Shown here piece by piece: positions 28,620-38,885 of a stretch of 64,000 nucleotides of DNA (positions are counted from its first letter, which is position 1; every line of letters starts with the position of its first letter). A program made the translations under genes and the position numbers. The DNA comes from an uncultured Alphaproteobacteria bacterium. GTDB taxonomy: Bacteria; Pseudomonadota; Alphaproteobacteria; Rhizobiales; Beijerinckiaceae. Under the pieces are notes generated by a model. The model was given only the letters and a program-made list of their open reading frames with translations, was not told the DNA's origin and searched no databases. Location of the stretch: positions 15,380 through 79,379 of the forward strand of contig CAWDOR010000029.1 in NCBI GenBank assembly GCA_963804045.1, in the 5' to 3' direction.

Positions 28620-28745
28620 GTGTATTTGACTCCTGTTGACCCTGATTTCGCGAATTTTATTTGAGCGCGAACCCGCGGACCGCACACGGTCGGCGGACGC
28701 AATGAAACAATCGCGATCACCATCTAATTCCAATGCAAGCTCAGC

Positions 28746-28767
28746 CGCCAGCGTCGGAATTTACTCA
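28746..28767 (-). promoter_or_regulatory. Conserved 22-nt motif copy 9 (upstream of csbD)
   Basis: Minus strand reads TGAGTAAATTCCGACGCTGGCG. It lies 126 nt upstream of the ATG at 28619. Confidence 0.65.
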
Positions 28768-28781
28768 GAGCGCAAGAGGAT

Positions 28782-29087
28782 TCAGATCTCCGGCCAGCGG
28801 GCATGAGCAGTTTCCAATGCAGCTTTGCGCACGATCAAGCAGCGGCAAGTCGGCCACTGGTTCGGTGCAGCGCCACGCCGCGTGATGTGCGGACGCTTGC
28901 GCCGCGCGCTCCAGCAATGAGGAGGTTTCGAACCTTCCTCGATGAAATGCCACGAGGCCAGCGCCATTTCGCAAATTTCCGAGGCGTAAGCAATTTGTTC
29001 GGCGGCCCAGTCGCGGAACGTCGAACGGAAGCCGTGTGTCGTGAGATCGTCCCGCCCCATGCGTCGCAGCGTCATCAAGAGCGCCAT
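28782..29087 (-). pseudogene. Tyrosine recombinase (phage/P4-type integrase) C-terminal remnant
   Basis: ALLMTLRRMGRDDLTTHGFRSTFRDWAAE is the catalytic His/Arg region of integrases. There are no N-terminal domains. The expected ...AYRR...LLERR... tail appears only in another frame (ORF 28765..29121). Confidence 0.7.
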
Positions 29088-29180
29088 ATTCGGCGCGCTG
29101 GTTGAATCGAAGCGTGATCAACCAGTCTCCACCAGGACGAGCGCGCGGGCGACCTCAGGGTGGTGAGGTCGGGCTCGGAT

Positions 29181-29414
29181 TCACTCGGCAGCGCTGGGCT
29201 TCACGGGAACAGCAGACTTTTCAGGAGCGCTGGAATCCGCAATGCCTCGATAGGCCGTTACCGGCCAGGACAACGCTCTTGGCAGGTCTTCCAATGTGAT
29301 CGCGACGAATTGCGACGCGGGGGCTGAGCTCCATTTTGCTTTGATCGTGGGCGCTAACGCGACGCCTACGCCGACGAAATAGGCAATCATCAACAAGCTG
29401 ACAATCATACGCAT
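29181..29414 (-). CDS. Small membrane-anchored hypothetical protein
   Basis: 77 aa. Strong SD GGAGGAGGAAACG-ATG. N-terminal TM helix MRMIVSLLMIAYFVGVGVALA. Confidence 0.5.
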   Translation of the reverse strand: MRMIVSLLMIAYFVGVGVALAPTIKAKWSSAPASQFVAITLEDLPRALSWPVTAYRGIADSSAPEKSAVPVKPSAAE

Positions 29415-29557
29415 CGTTTCCTCCTCCAGGGGCGGCTGGTTCTCGTCACGCCCGAAATCTTCCGATGCCGTCGCAATGCGCCGGCGCCGTTGAAACGACT
29501 GTCCAGGGGAACAGCCCGTCGCTGCCTCCGTACTGAGGAAAGCGGGCGGACGGTCAG

Positions 29558-29785
29558 CTAGTTCTGGGCGATCATCCGTTGTCGGCTCGAATGGCCAACT
29601 GGCGGGATGGGCGCAGGGGCGCTTGGCGTCCGCTCGGGTTCGATCGTCACTGTCATGATCACGTGATCCTGCAGGTCGGAATGCCGGGCGGAATTCGCGG
29701 CGGCGCTATTGCTGTCGGAATTCCACGACGCAGCAATCACAAGAGCGCCGCCCAGGACTAAAACGATAAATAGTCGCCTGAACAT
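29558..29785 (-). CDS. Small secreted/membrane hypothetical protein
   Basis: Internal ATG at 29785. MFRRLFIVLVLGGALVIAASW is signal-like. 75 aa. The longer track ORF begins inside the motif. Confidence 0.45.
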   Translation of the reverse strand: MFRRLFIVLVLGGALVIAASWNSDSNSAAANSARHSDLQDHVIMTVTIEPERTPSAPAPIPPVGHSSRQRMIAQN

Positions 29786-29856
29786 TTTGCTTACCCCACC
29801 GAAACCATGCCTCACGCAGTCTTCAGGCGATGAACTATATGCGCCAGCAACAACGG

Positions 29857-29878
29857 CGACAGGATCGGAAAACACTCA
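29857..29878 (-). promoter_or_regulatory. Conserved 22-nt motif copy 10
   Basis: Minus strand reads TGAGTGTTTTCCGATCCTGTCG. It lies 71 nt upstream of the ATG at 29785. Confidence 0.6.
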
Positions 29879-30131
29879 CGTTCGATTCAAGTGATACGGG
29901 GTCGGCGCGTTACGCACGCACAATTCCGCCTTGGACGCGCCGGATTCAGAAAATCGAGCGCTACGCCATCAGACGCGTCCAAATCGATGCGCCATCACGG
30001 ACCGGCAGAACAAGACGCCGGCGCCTTCGACGAGTTCAAGATACGCGGCTGTTGCGCCTACCAGGAAAGCGAAGAACAGCAGCGGGGCGACCTCGCGCGC
30101 GAGAATTGAGACGACTTCAATTTGGTTCGAT

Positions 30132-30153
30132 TGAGTAATTTCCGAGCCTGTCG
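30132..30153 (+). promoter_or_regulatory. Conserved 22-nt motif copy 11 (upstream of ADH-ALDH-pntAB block)
   Basis: Plus strand reads TGAGTAATTTCCGAGCCTGTCG. It lies 112 nt upstream of the ATG at 30266. Confidence 0.65.
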
Positions 30154-30265
30154 TGCGCAGACCGAACGGCGCAGCGTGTCGGCCGTGGAGGGACAACCAA
30201 GCGTCTCCACCCCGTTCGCAATCACCAAGGCGCCAACGATGAACGCAATTGCCAAGCTGTCGACG

Positions 30266-31303
30266 ATGAAAGCCCTCGTCTATCATGGGCCAGGAAAGAA
30301 GAAGTTCGAAGACCATGCGAAGCCGGAGGTCCTCGCCCCCACGGACGCGATCGTGAAGATCACCAAGACGACCATATGCGGTACGGATCTGCACATTCTC
30401 AAGGGCGATCTGCCGAGTTGCCAACCCGGCCGCATCCTTGGCCACGAAGGCGTCGGCGTCATAGATAGCGTCGGCTCTGCCGTCACGGCTTTCAAAGCAG
30501 GCGACCGTGTTCTGATTTCCTGCGTCACCGCCTGCGGCAAGTGTGAATATTGCCGTAAAGGCATATTTTCGCACTGCGCCACCGGCGGCTGGATTCTCGG
30601 AAATACGATCGATGGAACCCAGGCGGAGTTCGTGCGCACGCCCTATGCCGACACCAGCCTCTATCCGATTCCCGATGGCTCGGATGAAGAAGCGCTGGTG
30701 ATGCTGAGCGACATCCTCCCGACCGGCTTCGAGTGCGGCGTGCTCAACGGCAAGGTTCAGCCCGGCGCCACACTGGCGATCGTCGGCTCGGGACCGATAG
30801 GTCTCGCCGCGTTGCTGACCGCCCAGTTTTATTCGCCGGGCGAGATCATCATGATCGACCTCGACGACAACCGGCTCGAAGTCGCCAGGCGCTTCGGCGC
30901 CACCAAAACCATCAACAGCGCTGACGGCAAGGCGGTCGAGACGCTGATGAAAATAACCGGCAATCGCGGCGTCGACACCGCCATCGAGGCGGTCGGCATC
31001 CCCGCGACCTTCGAGCTCTGCGAGCAGATCATCGCTCCGGGCGGTGTGATCGCCAATATCGGCGTGCATGGCGCGCCAGTGACGTTGCATCTGGAACATT
31101 TGTGGGATCGCAACATCAGCATCACCACGCAACTCGTTGACACCGCCAGCACACCGATGCTGCTCAAGGTCCTCAAAGCCCAGAAAATCGACCCGAAGCT
31201 GCTGATCACTCATCGATTCAAGCTGGACGATATCCTCCAGGCTTACGAAACCTTCGCAAACGCCGCCAAGACCAAGGCGCTCAAAGTGATCATCGAGGCT
31301 TAA
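30266..31303 (+). CDS. Zn-dependent NAD(P) alcohol dehydrogenase (medium-chain, secondary-ADH-like)
   Basis: MKALVYHGPGK..., ICGTDLH, GHEGVG, C-x2-C-x2-C (CGKCEYC), Rossmann GSGPIGL. An alternative ATG lies at 30239. Confidence 0.9.
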   Translation: MKALVYHGPGKKKFEDHAKPEVLAPTDAIVKITKTTICGTDLHILKGDLPSCQPGRILGHEGVGVIDSVGSAVTAFKAGDRVLISCVTACGKCEYCRKGIFSHCATGGWILGNTIDGTQAEFVRTPYADTSLYPIPDGSDEEALVMLSDILPTGFECGVLNGKVQPGATLAIVGSGPIGLAALLTAQFYSPGEIIMIDLDDNRLEVARRFGATKTINSADGKAVETLMKITGNRGVDTAIEAVGIPATFELCEQIIAPGGVIANIGVHGAPVTLHLEHLWDRNISITTQLVDTASTPMLLKVLKAQKIDPKLLITHRFKLDDILQAYETFANAAKTKALKVIIEA

Positions 31304-31475
31304 CTCGCTTCGCGAAGCAAACGAGGGTCGTGCGCGGCGGTCTTTCCTCCGACGTCGAGGCCAGTGAACCGCGCAGACGCTGGGAATGAAGTTCTATCCG
31401 CATTTTCATCAAGCAATCGCCGGATGGGAATACTCCCGTCAATCGGGGCTAGAGCCCCATCGAAAGGACCTGCAT

Positions 31476-32858
31476 ATGGCCTACCAAAGCTTCAATCCTG
31501 CCACCGGCAAGCTCATAAAGAACTTTGACCAACTGACCGACAAACAGCTCGATGCGAAGCTCGCCACAGCTGCGAAATGTTTCCTTAGCTGGAAACAGAA
31601 GAGCTATGCCGAGCGCGCGGTCGTCGTCGCCAAGGCGGCAGAAATCCTGCACGCCAGGGCCGATGAATTCGCCCAGATCGAGACTCTCGAAATGGGCAAG
31701 CGGATCGGCGAGGCGCGGGGCGAGGTAGAATTCAGCTCGAACATCCTCGCCTACTACGCCAAGAACGCGGAGCGTTTCCTGGCGCCGACGAAACTGCATC
31801 CTTCCATTGGCGAGGCCCACATGGAGAGCAGCCCGATCGGCGTGGTCTTCTGCGTGGAGCCCTGGAATTTCCCTTACTACCAGCTGGCGCGCGTCGCTGG
31901 CCCGCATCTGATGGCGGGCAACGTTCTGGTCGTGAAACACGCGGGCTGCGTCCCGCAATGCGCCATCGCCTTTGAAAAGCTCCTGCTCGATGCTGGAGCG
32001 CCCGTGGGGCTCTATACAAATCTGCTGATCTCGCACGCGCAATCGGACATCGTCATCGATGATCCCCGCATCAAGGGCGTTGCGCTCACCGGGAGCGTCC
32101 CGGCAGGCAGGGACATTGCCGCGCGCGCCGGCAAGAATCTCAAGCCATCATCCATGGAACTCGGCGGCAGCGACGCCTTCATCGTGCTCGAAGACGCCGA
32201 CCTCGACCACACGATCAAGTGGGCCGTCTGGGGACGCATGTACAACACTGGACAGACCTGTTGCGCGGCGAAGCGATTCATCGTCGTCGACAAGCTCGCC
32301 GACAAGTTCCTGGAGCGGTTTTCGGCCGCGCTCAGCGCGCTTAAGGCGGGCGATCCGAAGGACGAGACGACGACGATGGGTCCGCTTTCCAGCGAAGCTG
32401 CCTTGCTGCAACTTCTCGAACAGGTCAAGCAGGCGGTCGCCCACGGCGCGAAAGTGCTGATCGGCGGCAAGCGGGTCGATCGTCCCGGCTCCTTCATGCA
32501 GCCGACGATCCTGACCGACATCAAGCCGGAAAATCCAGCCTTCCGCGACGAGTTCTTTGGTCCGGTGGCGCTGTTCTTCCGCGTGAAGGACGAAGAGGCG
32601 GCCATCGTCCTCGCCAACGATTCCGATTTCGGGCTCGGCGGCTCGGTGTTCACCAAGGATACCGCGCGAGGCAAGCGCGTGGCGAGCCGGATCGACACCG
32701 GCATGATGTTCATCAACAACATCAGCTGGTCGGACGCTGAACTACCGTTCGGCGGCGTCAAGGATTCCGGCTACGGGCGCGAACTCGGCGACATGGGCAT
32801 CCAGCAATTCGTCAACAAGAAGCTGATCCGCACCGCCGTGCTCGAAGCACCCTTGTAA
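31476..32858 (+). CDS. NAD(P)-dependent aldehyde / succinate-semialdehyde dehydrogenase
   Basis: MAYQSFNPATGK..., WNFPYYQ, ELGGSDA, QTCCAAKR (catalytic Cys), EEFGPV-like FFGPV. AAGGA SD. Confidence 0.9.
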   Translation: MAYQSFNPATGKLIKNFDQLTDKQLDAKLATAAKCFLSWKQKSYAERAVVVAKAAEILHARADEFAQIETLEMGKRIGEARGEVEFSSNILAYYAKNAERFLAPTKLHPSIGEAHMESSPIGVVFCVEPWNFPYYQLARVAGPHLMAGNVLVVKHAGCVPQCAIAFEKLLLDAGAPVGLYTNLLISHAQSDIVIDDPRIKGVALTGSVPAGRDIAARAGKNLKPSSMELGGSDAFIVLEDADLDHTIKWAVWGRMYNTGQTCCAAKRFIVVDKLADKFLERFSAALSALKAGDPKDETTTMGPLSSEAALLQLLEQVKQAVAHGAKVLIGGKRVDRPGSFMQPTILTDIKPENPAFRDEFFGPVALFFRVKDEEAAIVLANDSDFGLGGSVFTKDTARGKRVASRIDTGMMFINNISWSDAELPFGGVKDSGYGRELGDMGIQQFVNKKLIRTAVLEAPL

Positions 32859-32990
32859 GGAATCCGGACCGGCTCCGGCCGGGACGATCAGGCGACGAGG
32901 CGCGCTGCTGTTTGGGCGCGCCTCGCCGGCCGCCTCAACGCCTTGCGCCGGTCCATCCATCCTGGAAGTCCGGCAGGAACCGGAGCCGCC

Positions 32991-34502
32991 ATGTATGTCA
33001 ATGTCGCCGTCCTCAAGGAAACCCATCCGCATGAACGGCGGGTCGCCTTGACGCCATCGGTCGCTCCGAAATTGATCAAGCTTGGCGCCAAGCTGCACAT
33101 GCAGACGGGCGCCGCGGACGCGATAAAGTTGAGCGACGCGGCCTATGAGGGCGTCGTCTTTATCGCGAACCGCAAGGATCTGGTCGCCGACGCCGATGTG
33201 GTTCTCGCCGTCCAGCCGCCGGCGTTTGACGTCATCGACGCCATGAAGCCCGGCGCCATCCTGATCTGCTTCATTTACGCCGGCCAGCAGCCAACCCTGG
33301 TGCAGCGCCTGCTCGACAAGAAAGTCACTTGCTTCGCCATGGAGACGCTGCCGCGCATCACGCGGGCGCAATCGATGGACGCGCTGTCCAGCCAGTCGGC
33401 GCTCGCAGGCTATTACGCGGTTCAGCTCGGCGCGACGCATCTGCGCCGCGTGCTGCCGAAGATCACTTCGGCGGCAGGCGCCATCGGCCCGGCCAAAGTG
33501 CTGGTCATGGGGCTCGGCGTCGCCGGCCTCGAAGCCCTCGCCACCGCCCATCGCCTGGGCGCGGTGACCGAGGGCTATGACGTCCGCCCGGAAACTCAGG
33601 AACAGGCGCTGTCGCTTGGCGCAACATTTGTCGAGACCGGCGTCGACGCGCGCGGCAAGGGCGGCTACGCCCGCGAGCTGACGCCGGAGGAAAAGACCAA
33701 GGTCGCCGCCGTGCTGACGAAACACATCCAGAGTGCCGACCTCATCATAACCACGGCCGCGGTTCCCGGCCGCAAATCGCCGAAACTCATCAACAGGGCG
33801 CAGGTCGCCGGCATGAAGGCGGGCGCCGTGATTGTCGACCTCTCGGCCGAGGGCGGCGGCAATTGCGAGGATACGGTTCCCGGCGCGACCACGGAAATCG
33901 GCGCGGTGACGATCGTCGCGCCGCTCAACGTGCCGTCGCTGCTCGCCGAGGACGCAAGTGAACTCTACGCGAAAAACCAGTTCAACCTGCTGGCGCTGAT
34001 GATGAAGGACAATGTCGTCATCATCGACTGGGACGACGAGATCCTCGCCAAAACCGCGCTCACCCATGACGGCAAGATGAAAAACGAAACGGTCAAGCCC
34101 GTCGCCAAAGTGGCGTGTAAAGCCTCGAAGGAGATAATTGCCATGCATTTCGCAATATCGATCAACGGCTTTGTCGCGCTTTACATTTTCATGCTCGCCG
34201 CCTTCGCCGGCTGGGTCATCATCGGCCATGTGCCGGCGATCCTGCATACGCCGTTGATGTCGGGATCGAATTTTGTGCATGGCATCGTTGTCGTCGGCGG
34301 GATTTTTGCGCTGCTGAACGCCAGCTCGTCGCTGGAGCAGGCCATCGGATTTTTCGCGGTGCTGCTCGGCGCCGGCAATGCGGCGGGGGGCTTCGCGGTC
34401 ACGGATCGCATGCTGGCGATGTTCCAGCTCGGCAGCCAAGACCCGAAACACCATGGCGCGAAACACGGCCACGCGCGCGCCGTCCATTCGAAAAAGCATT
34501 GA
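32991..34502 (+). CDS. pntA: NAD(P) transhydrogenase subunit alpha (fused dI + dII-alpha)
   Basis: MYVNVAVLKETHPHERRVALTP..., GLGVAGL Rossmann, C-terminal TM helices. GGAG SD. Confidence 0.9.
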   Translation: MYVNVAVLKETHPHERRVALTPSVAPKLIKLGAKLHMQTGAADAIKLSDAAYEGVVFIANRKDLVADADVVLAVQPPAFDVIDAMKPGAILICFIYAGQQPTLVQRLLDKKVTCFAMETLPRITRAQSMDALSSQSALAGYYAVQLGATHLRRVLPKITSAAGAIGPAKVLVMGLGVAGLEALATAHRLGAVTEGYDVRPETQEQALSLGATFVETGVDARGKGGYARELTPEEKTKVAAVLTKHIQSADLIITTAAVPGRKSPKLINRAQVAGMKAGAVIVDLSAEGGGNCEDTVPGATTEIGAVTIVAPLNVPSLLAEDASELYAKNQFNLLALMMKDNVVIIDWDDEILAKTALTHDGKMKNETVKPVAKVACKASKEIIAMHFAISINGFVALYIFMLAAFAGWVIIGHVPAILHTPLMSGSNFVHGIVVVGGIFALLNASSSLEQAIGFFAVLLGAGNAAGGFAVTDRMLAMFQLGSQDPKHHGAKHGHARAVHSKKH

Positions 34503-34511
34503 GGAGTCGCC

Positions 34512-35963
34512 ATGCCGACCATCATCCCGCAACTCGTCATTGGCTCGGTCGATCTCGTCGCCGCGTTTCTGTTCATGTTTGGCCTCCAGCGCATGTCTTC
34601 GCCGGTGACGGCGCCTTCGGGAATCAAGGTCGCAGGCTTCGGCATGCTGGTCGCTGTCGCCGCGAGTTTTCTTTACGCCTTCGACGTTGACGCGGCCGCC
34701 AAACCATTTCTTCCAGTCAATTTCGCGCTCGCCGCCGTCGCGCTGATCATCGGCGGCGGCCTGGCCTGGTGGGTCGGTCGCAAGGTGGCGATGACCGCCA
34801 TGCCGCAGATGGTGGCGATCTATAACGGCATGGGCGGCGGCGCAGCCGGCGCCATTGCCGCTGTCGAACTGTTCGGCTCCAAATACCAGGGGACCACGCA
34901 GCTGATGGTGACGCTGCTGGGCGCCTTGATCGGCGCCATCTCCTTGTCGGGGTCGCTGATCGCATGGGCGAAACTTGACGGCGTGCTCAACAAGCCGTTT
35001 CGCATGCGTGGCCAGCAGGTGCTGAACGGCGTGTTCATTCTGGCCTGTGTCTGCGTCGGCGGCGCCATCGTCTACGCGGCGCAGGGTGGCGTCCATTCAC
35101 TCCTGGACATGCGCCAGCTGATCTACCTCTTCTTCGGACTTACCCTGCTCTTCGGCGTTCTGATGACGCTGCCGATCGGCGGCGCGGACATGCCCGTCGT
35201 CATATCCATCTATAACGCCTTCACCGGCCTGGCCGTCGGCCTTGAAGGCTTCGTCCTGCAAAACCCGGCGCTGATGATCGCCGGCATGGTGGTCGGCGCC
35301 GCGGGCATGCTTCTCACACTGTTGATGGCCAAGGCGATGAACCGCTCGGTGGCGAACGTCCTCTTCACCAATTTCGGCGTGGTCGCCAAGCACAAGCATG
35401 GAGACGTCAAGGGCGAACTCAAGCCGGTCGAAGCGGGCGACGCCGGCATTTTCATGCGCTACGCCAAAGAGGTGATCATTGTGCCGGGCTATGGCCTCGC
35501 CGTGGCGCAGGGGCAGCAAAAACTTTACGAACTGGTCAAGCTGCTGCAGGCCGCCGGCGTCATCGTCAAATTCGCCATCCATCCGGTTGCCGGGCGCATG
35601 CCCGGCCAGATGGACGTGTTGCTCGCCGAAGCCGGCGTGCCCTATGACATGATTTTCCAGCTCGAAGACATCAATGACGAATTCGCCAGCGCCGATGTCG
35701 CGCTGGTCATCGGCGCCAATGACGTGGTGAATCCGGCAGCGCGCAGCGACAAATCCTCGCCGATTTTCGGCATGCCCATCCTCAACGCCGACAAGGCGAA
35801 ACAGGTTTACGTGGTCAAGCGCGGCCAGGGCAAGGGCTACGCCGGGATCGTCAACGCGCTGTTCTATTCCGACAATTGCAACATGGTCTACGGCGACGCC
35901 TCGGCCGTGCTGACCAAGATGATCGAGGCGGTGCGCGGCCTCGGTTCGAAAGCCGCCGCTTGA
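34512..35963 (+). CDS. pntB: NAD(P) transhydrogenase subunit beta
   Basis: 483 aa. Multi-TM N-terminal part and the dIII NADP(H) domain (VPGYGLAVAQ, HPVAGRMPGQMDVLLAEA, GANDVVNPAA). Confidence 0.95.
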   Translation: MPTIIPQLVIGSVDLVAAFLFMFGLQRMSSPVTAPSGIKVAGFGMLVAVAASFLYAFDVDAAAKPFLPVNFALAAVALIIGGGLAWWVGRKVAMTAMPQMVAIYNGMGGGAAGAIAAVELFGSKYQGTTQLMVTLLGALIGAISLSGSLIAWAKLDGVLNKPFRMRGQQVLNGVFILACVCVGGAIVYAAQGGVHSLLDMRQLIYLFFGLTLLFGVLMTLPIGGADMPVVISIYNAFTGLAVGLEGFVLQNPALMIAGMVVGAAGMLLTLLMAKAMNRSVANVLFTNFGVVAKHKHGDVKGELKPVEAGDAGIFMRYAKEVIIVPGYGLAVAQGQQKLYELVKLLQAAGVIVKFAIHPVAGRMPGQMDVLLAEAGVPYDMIFQLEDINDEFASADVALVIGANDVVNPAARSDKSSPIFGMPILNADKAKQVYVVKRGQGKGYAGIVNALFYSDNCNMVYGDASAVLTKMIEAVRGLGSKAAA

Positions 35964-36023
35964 TCGACTTCATTCAAGGACATTTGAATTGAAACGCCAA
36001 CACAAGAGAATATCGACGCGGCG

Positions 36024-36209
36024 GTGAAGCTCGAGCGCTACACGGTGTTGGGTGAGGCGCTGGGAAGGCTGAAGCATTTCGAAATCCTCGCGCGATCCGC
36101 GAAAGGAAAGGTCTTCGAATTTCATGTCGAACTGGATGGGGCAATCGACAAGAAGAAGCCTGCCGACATTCGCGAGCGCAAGTGGGCGTCGGCGATTCGC
36201 GAACGTTAA
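36024..36209 (+). CDS. Small PepSY-like hypothetical protein (weak call)
   Basis: 61-aa GTG-start ORF with ...GKVFEFHVELDGAIDKK..., reminiscent of a PepSY half-domain. It is followed by a good terminator. Confidence 0.3.
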   Translation: MKLERYTVLGEALGRLKHFEILARSAKGKVFEFHVELDGAIDKKKPADIRERKWASAIRER

Positions 36210-36260
36210 CGAGAGTATCCGCGCCTTCGCCATCTGACTTGACCGCGCTGCTGCGGTCGT

Positions 36261-36297
36261 GGCGGTTGCGTCCTCCCCGCAACCGCCGCCCATTTTT
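36261..36297 (+). terminator. Intrinsic terminator-like hairpin
   Basis: Stem ggcggttgcg, loop tcctccc, stem cgcaaccgcc (10 bp), followed by gcccaTTTTT. Confidence 0.55.
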
Positions 36298-36559
36298 CCA
36301 GTTCTTCGCTGCAAAGGGCGACCTTCGCATTTACGCTCGCCTTGAGCGTCCTGAGAGCGGGCTTCGCCCCTGGGCGATTTGAAGGCGCCCGGTCCCCGTG
36401 CCATGAAGGACCGGTGGACGTTTCCACTGAAAAGGATCGCCGATGATCATGCATGACTGGACCGCCCGGCACTGGGTCGTTGCCGCTTTGATCATCGGAC
36501 TCACGGTTGGCGCGTTTATCCTGCGTTGGGCGTAGAGCCGAAATACACGGGCGAGTCCG

Positions 36560-37948
36560 ATGGCTGAATTTGCAGGCATGCCAAGTCCCACACGCTATTG
36601 GTCGGCGCTCGCGATCTGGCTGGCGCTGACCATGGCTGTGCTCGACGGGGCGATCGCCAATGTGGCGCTGCCCACGATCGCGCGAGAACTTTCCGCCATT
36701 CCCGCTTACGCTGTCTGGGTCGTGAACGCTTATCAGCTCGCGACCGTCGTTTCCCTGCTGCCACTGGCGGCGCTCGGCGAAGAAATCGGCTACCGCCGCA
36801 TATTTCTGGGCGGGATCATCGCATTTACGGCCGCTTCGGCGGCTTGCGCTCTTGCTCAAAGCCTGCCGATGCTCATATTCACGCGCGTGATCCAGGGCTT
36901 TGGCGCGGCGGGAATCATGAGCGTCAACGGCGCGCTCTTGCGGTTTACCTATCCCCCGAATTTGCTGGGCCGGGGCGTCGGATTGAACGCGCTGGTCGTT
37001 TCGGCCGCCGCGGCCTTCGGGCCGACCGTCGCTTCGGGCGTGCTGGCGCTGGGGCCATGGGAATGGCTGTTTGCGATCAATGTGCCCATCGGGGTCGCAA
37101 CCCTCTTCATAGGGCGCAAGACACTGCCGTCGAGCCCCAGGGAGGGGAAGTTCGATCTTGTCGGCGCCATCCTGAATGTCTTGACGTTTGGGCTCGGGTT
37201 TACCGGCATCGACGCCCTGACGCACGGGGGCGATGCCGGGCTCGGCGCCTCGGAACTCGTGCTGGCGACGCTGAGCGGCGTCGCCCTGGTTTTGCGATCC
37301 AATTCCCAGCCGAAGCCTTTGGCGCCGATCGACTTGTTGAAAAACAAGCTGTTCGCGATGTCGGTCGTCACCTCGATCGCCTCGTTCAGCGCCCAAATGC
37401 TGGCTTTCGTTTCGCTGCCCTTCTACCTGCAAGGCATTCTGCACCGGAGCCAGGTCGAGACCGGGCTGTTGATGACGCCCTGGCCCGTGGCGGCGGGCGT
37501 TGCGGCCTCGATCGCGGGGCGCCTGGCGGACAAATTTTCGGCCGCGATCCTCAGTGCGGCCGGGCTCGCGATTCTCGGGTTGGGACTGCTTGCGATGGGC
37601 CTTCTGCCGACGGAGACGACGCCGGTTGCGATAGCGGGATTGATGGCGATCTGCGGGCTGGGTTTCGGCTTCTTCCAGTCTCCGAACAATCGCACCATGC
37701 TTTCGGCGGCCCCGCTGTCGCGAAGCGGGGCGGCGGGGGGGATGCTCGCAACATCGAGGCTGACAGGTCAGACCATCGGCGCGACGATTGCGGCAATCAC
37801 CTTTCGCCTTGCGGCTCGCGCCGAATTGGTCGCCCTGGTTGTCGCGGCCTTGTTCGCCTTCGCGGCCGCTGTGGCCAGCCTATCGCGCCTTCGCTACGAG
37901 CATGCAGTCGAGGCGCCTGAACGCGGGCCGGTTCCGGATGCGCCGTGA
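36560..37948 (+). CDS. MFS transporter (DHA2/EmrB-like, 14-TM type)
   Basis: 462 aa with LDGAIANVALPTIA, a motif A-like GEEIGYRRIF, and many TM helices. Confidence 0.9.
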   Translation: MAEFAGMPSPTRYWSALAIWLALTMAVLDGAIANVALPTIARELSAIPAYAVWVVNAYQLATVVSLLPLAALGEEIGYRRIFLGGIIAFTAASAACALAQSLPMLIFTRVIQGFGAAGIMSVNGALLRFTYPPNLLGRGVGLNALVVSAAAAFGPTVASGVLALGPWEWLFAINVPIGVATLFIGRKTLPSSPREGKFDLVGAILNVLTFGLGFTGIDALTHGGDAGLGASELVLATLSGVALVLRSNSQPKPLAPIDLLKNKLFAMSVVTSIASFSAQMLAFVSLPFYLQGILHRSQVETGLLMTPWPVAAGVAASIAGRLADKFSAAILSAAGLAILGLGLLAMGLLPTETTPVAIAGLMAICGLGFGFFQSPNNRTMLSAAPLSRSGAAGGMLATSRLTGQTIGATIAAITFRLAARAELVALVVAALFAFAAAVASLSRLRYEHAVEAPERGPVPDAP

Positions 37949-37966
37949 ACGCGCGGCTCGGCCCGG

Positions 37967-38455
37967 TCACCGCGCTTGGCGCCAGCCTGCGGCTTGGCCC
38001 GGTGACCGTTCCGACGCCGCAGATACCCCATAGTCCAGGACATAGTCGCGCAGGGCGATCGCGTCGCAGCGCGCGTTGTGCGGCGTTTCGCTCAATGTCT
38101 CGGAATGGAACAGCGGCAAGTCCAGCAGCTCAAATCTCAACCTTGGCAGAGCCAAACGCCGACCGGGGCTGGTCACCATCAACAGCGCCAGATGCGCGAT
38201 GTCTTCCGGCCAATCGGAAATCACGACCGGCTCAGCGTCGCCGCGCAAATATTCGGCCAATTTTCTGGTCGCCTCGGGACGGGAAATCGGCGGCTTCTGC
38301 AGGACCGGGAGCACGCGTTCGATCACCCAGGGCTCGGGCTTCGCGCAAGGCAGCGCTTCGTAAAATGCGGCGGCCTGCCGGTCCTCGGGCGCCAGCGCGA
38401 TGGAGATCAGATCGCCGCCAAAGCCATTGAACTCAGCATCAAGAAAATACCGCAT
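37967..38455 (-). CDS. DEDDh-type 3'-5' exonuclease-like protein
   Basis: Internal ATG at 38455. MRYFLDAEFNGFGGDLISIAL (DxE), ISDWPEDI, PHNARCDAIAL (H-x4-D). 162 aa. Confidence 0.6.
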   Translation of the reverse strand: MRYFLDAEFNGFGGDLISIALAPEDRQAAAFYEALPCAKPEPWVIERVLPVLQKPPISRPEATRKLAEYLRGDAEPVVISDWPEDIAHLALLMVTSPGRRLALPRLRFELLDLPLFHSETLSETPHNARCDAIALRDYVLDYGVSAASERSPGQAAGWRQAR

Positions 38456-38561
38456 GGTCGCCTCTTCGAGATGGCGGCGGCCATTGACGCCGGGGCCACA
38501 ATTGCGGCGCGGATCAACAATCTTGCGCCCGAGCGGCATGTTGAGCGCCAACCCGCGGCAA

Positions 38562-38583
38562 GGAAAGGAACGGAATCTACTCA
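38562..38583 (-). promoter_or_regulatory. Conserved 22-nt motif copy 12
   Basis: Minus strand reads TGAGTAGATTCCGTTCCTTTCC. It lies 106 nt upstream of the ATG at 38455. Confidence 0.55.
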
Positions 38584-38885
38584 TGCTCCCGCCGGAACGG
38601 TGGATTGCGGCGTCCATCGAATGGACGATTGACGCGACTGACGTGGGTATTTTCCGAGGCTGCCGCATTCCGCGCGCCGCACCTTAACCTGAAGCGCTTC
38701 CGCACTCGGAGACGGACAGGGCTGTCCGGCCTGGCCGCCATTGGGGGGCGACACACTGATCCTTACCGCCGGCGTTCCGGGACCCGATGCAGCCCGTCCA
38801 GCGTTGATGGAATTTCGTGGCCGTCGCCTTTGCCGGCGACGGTTCCGTCGACAGGATTTTTTCGCTCAACGAAGGAGATGAGACC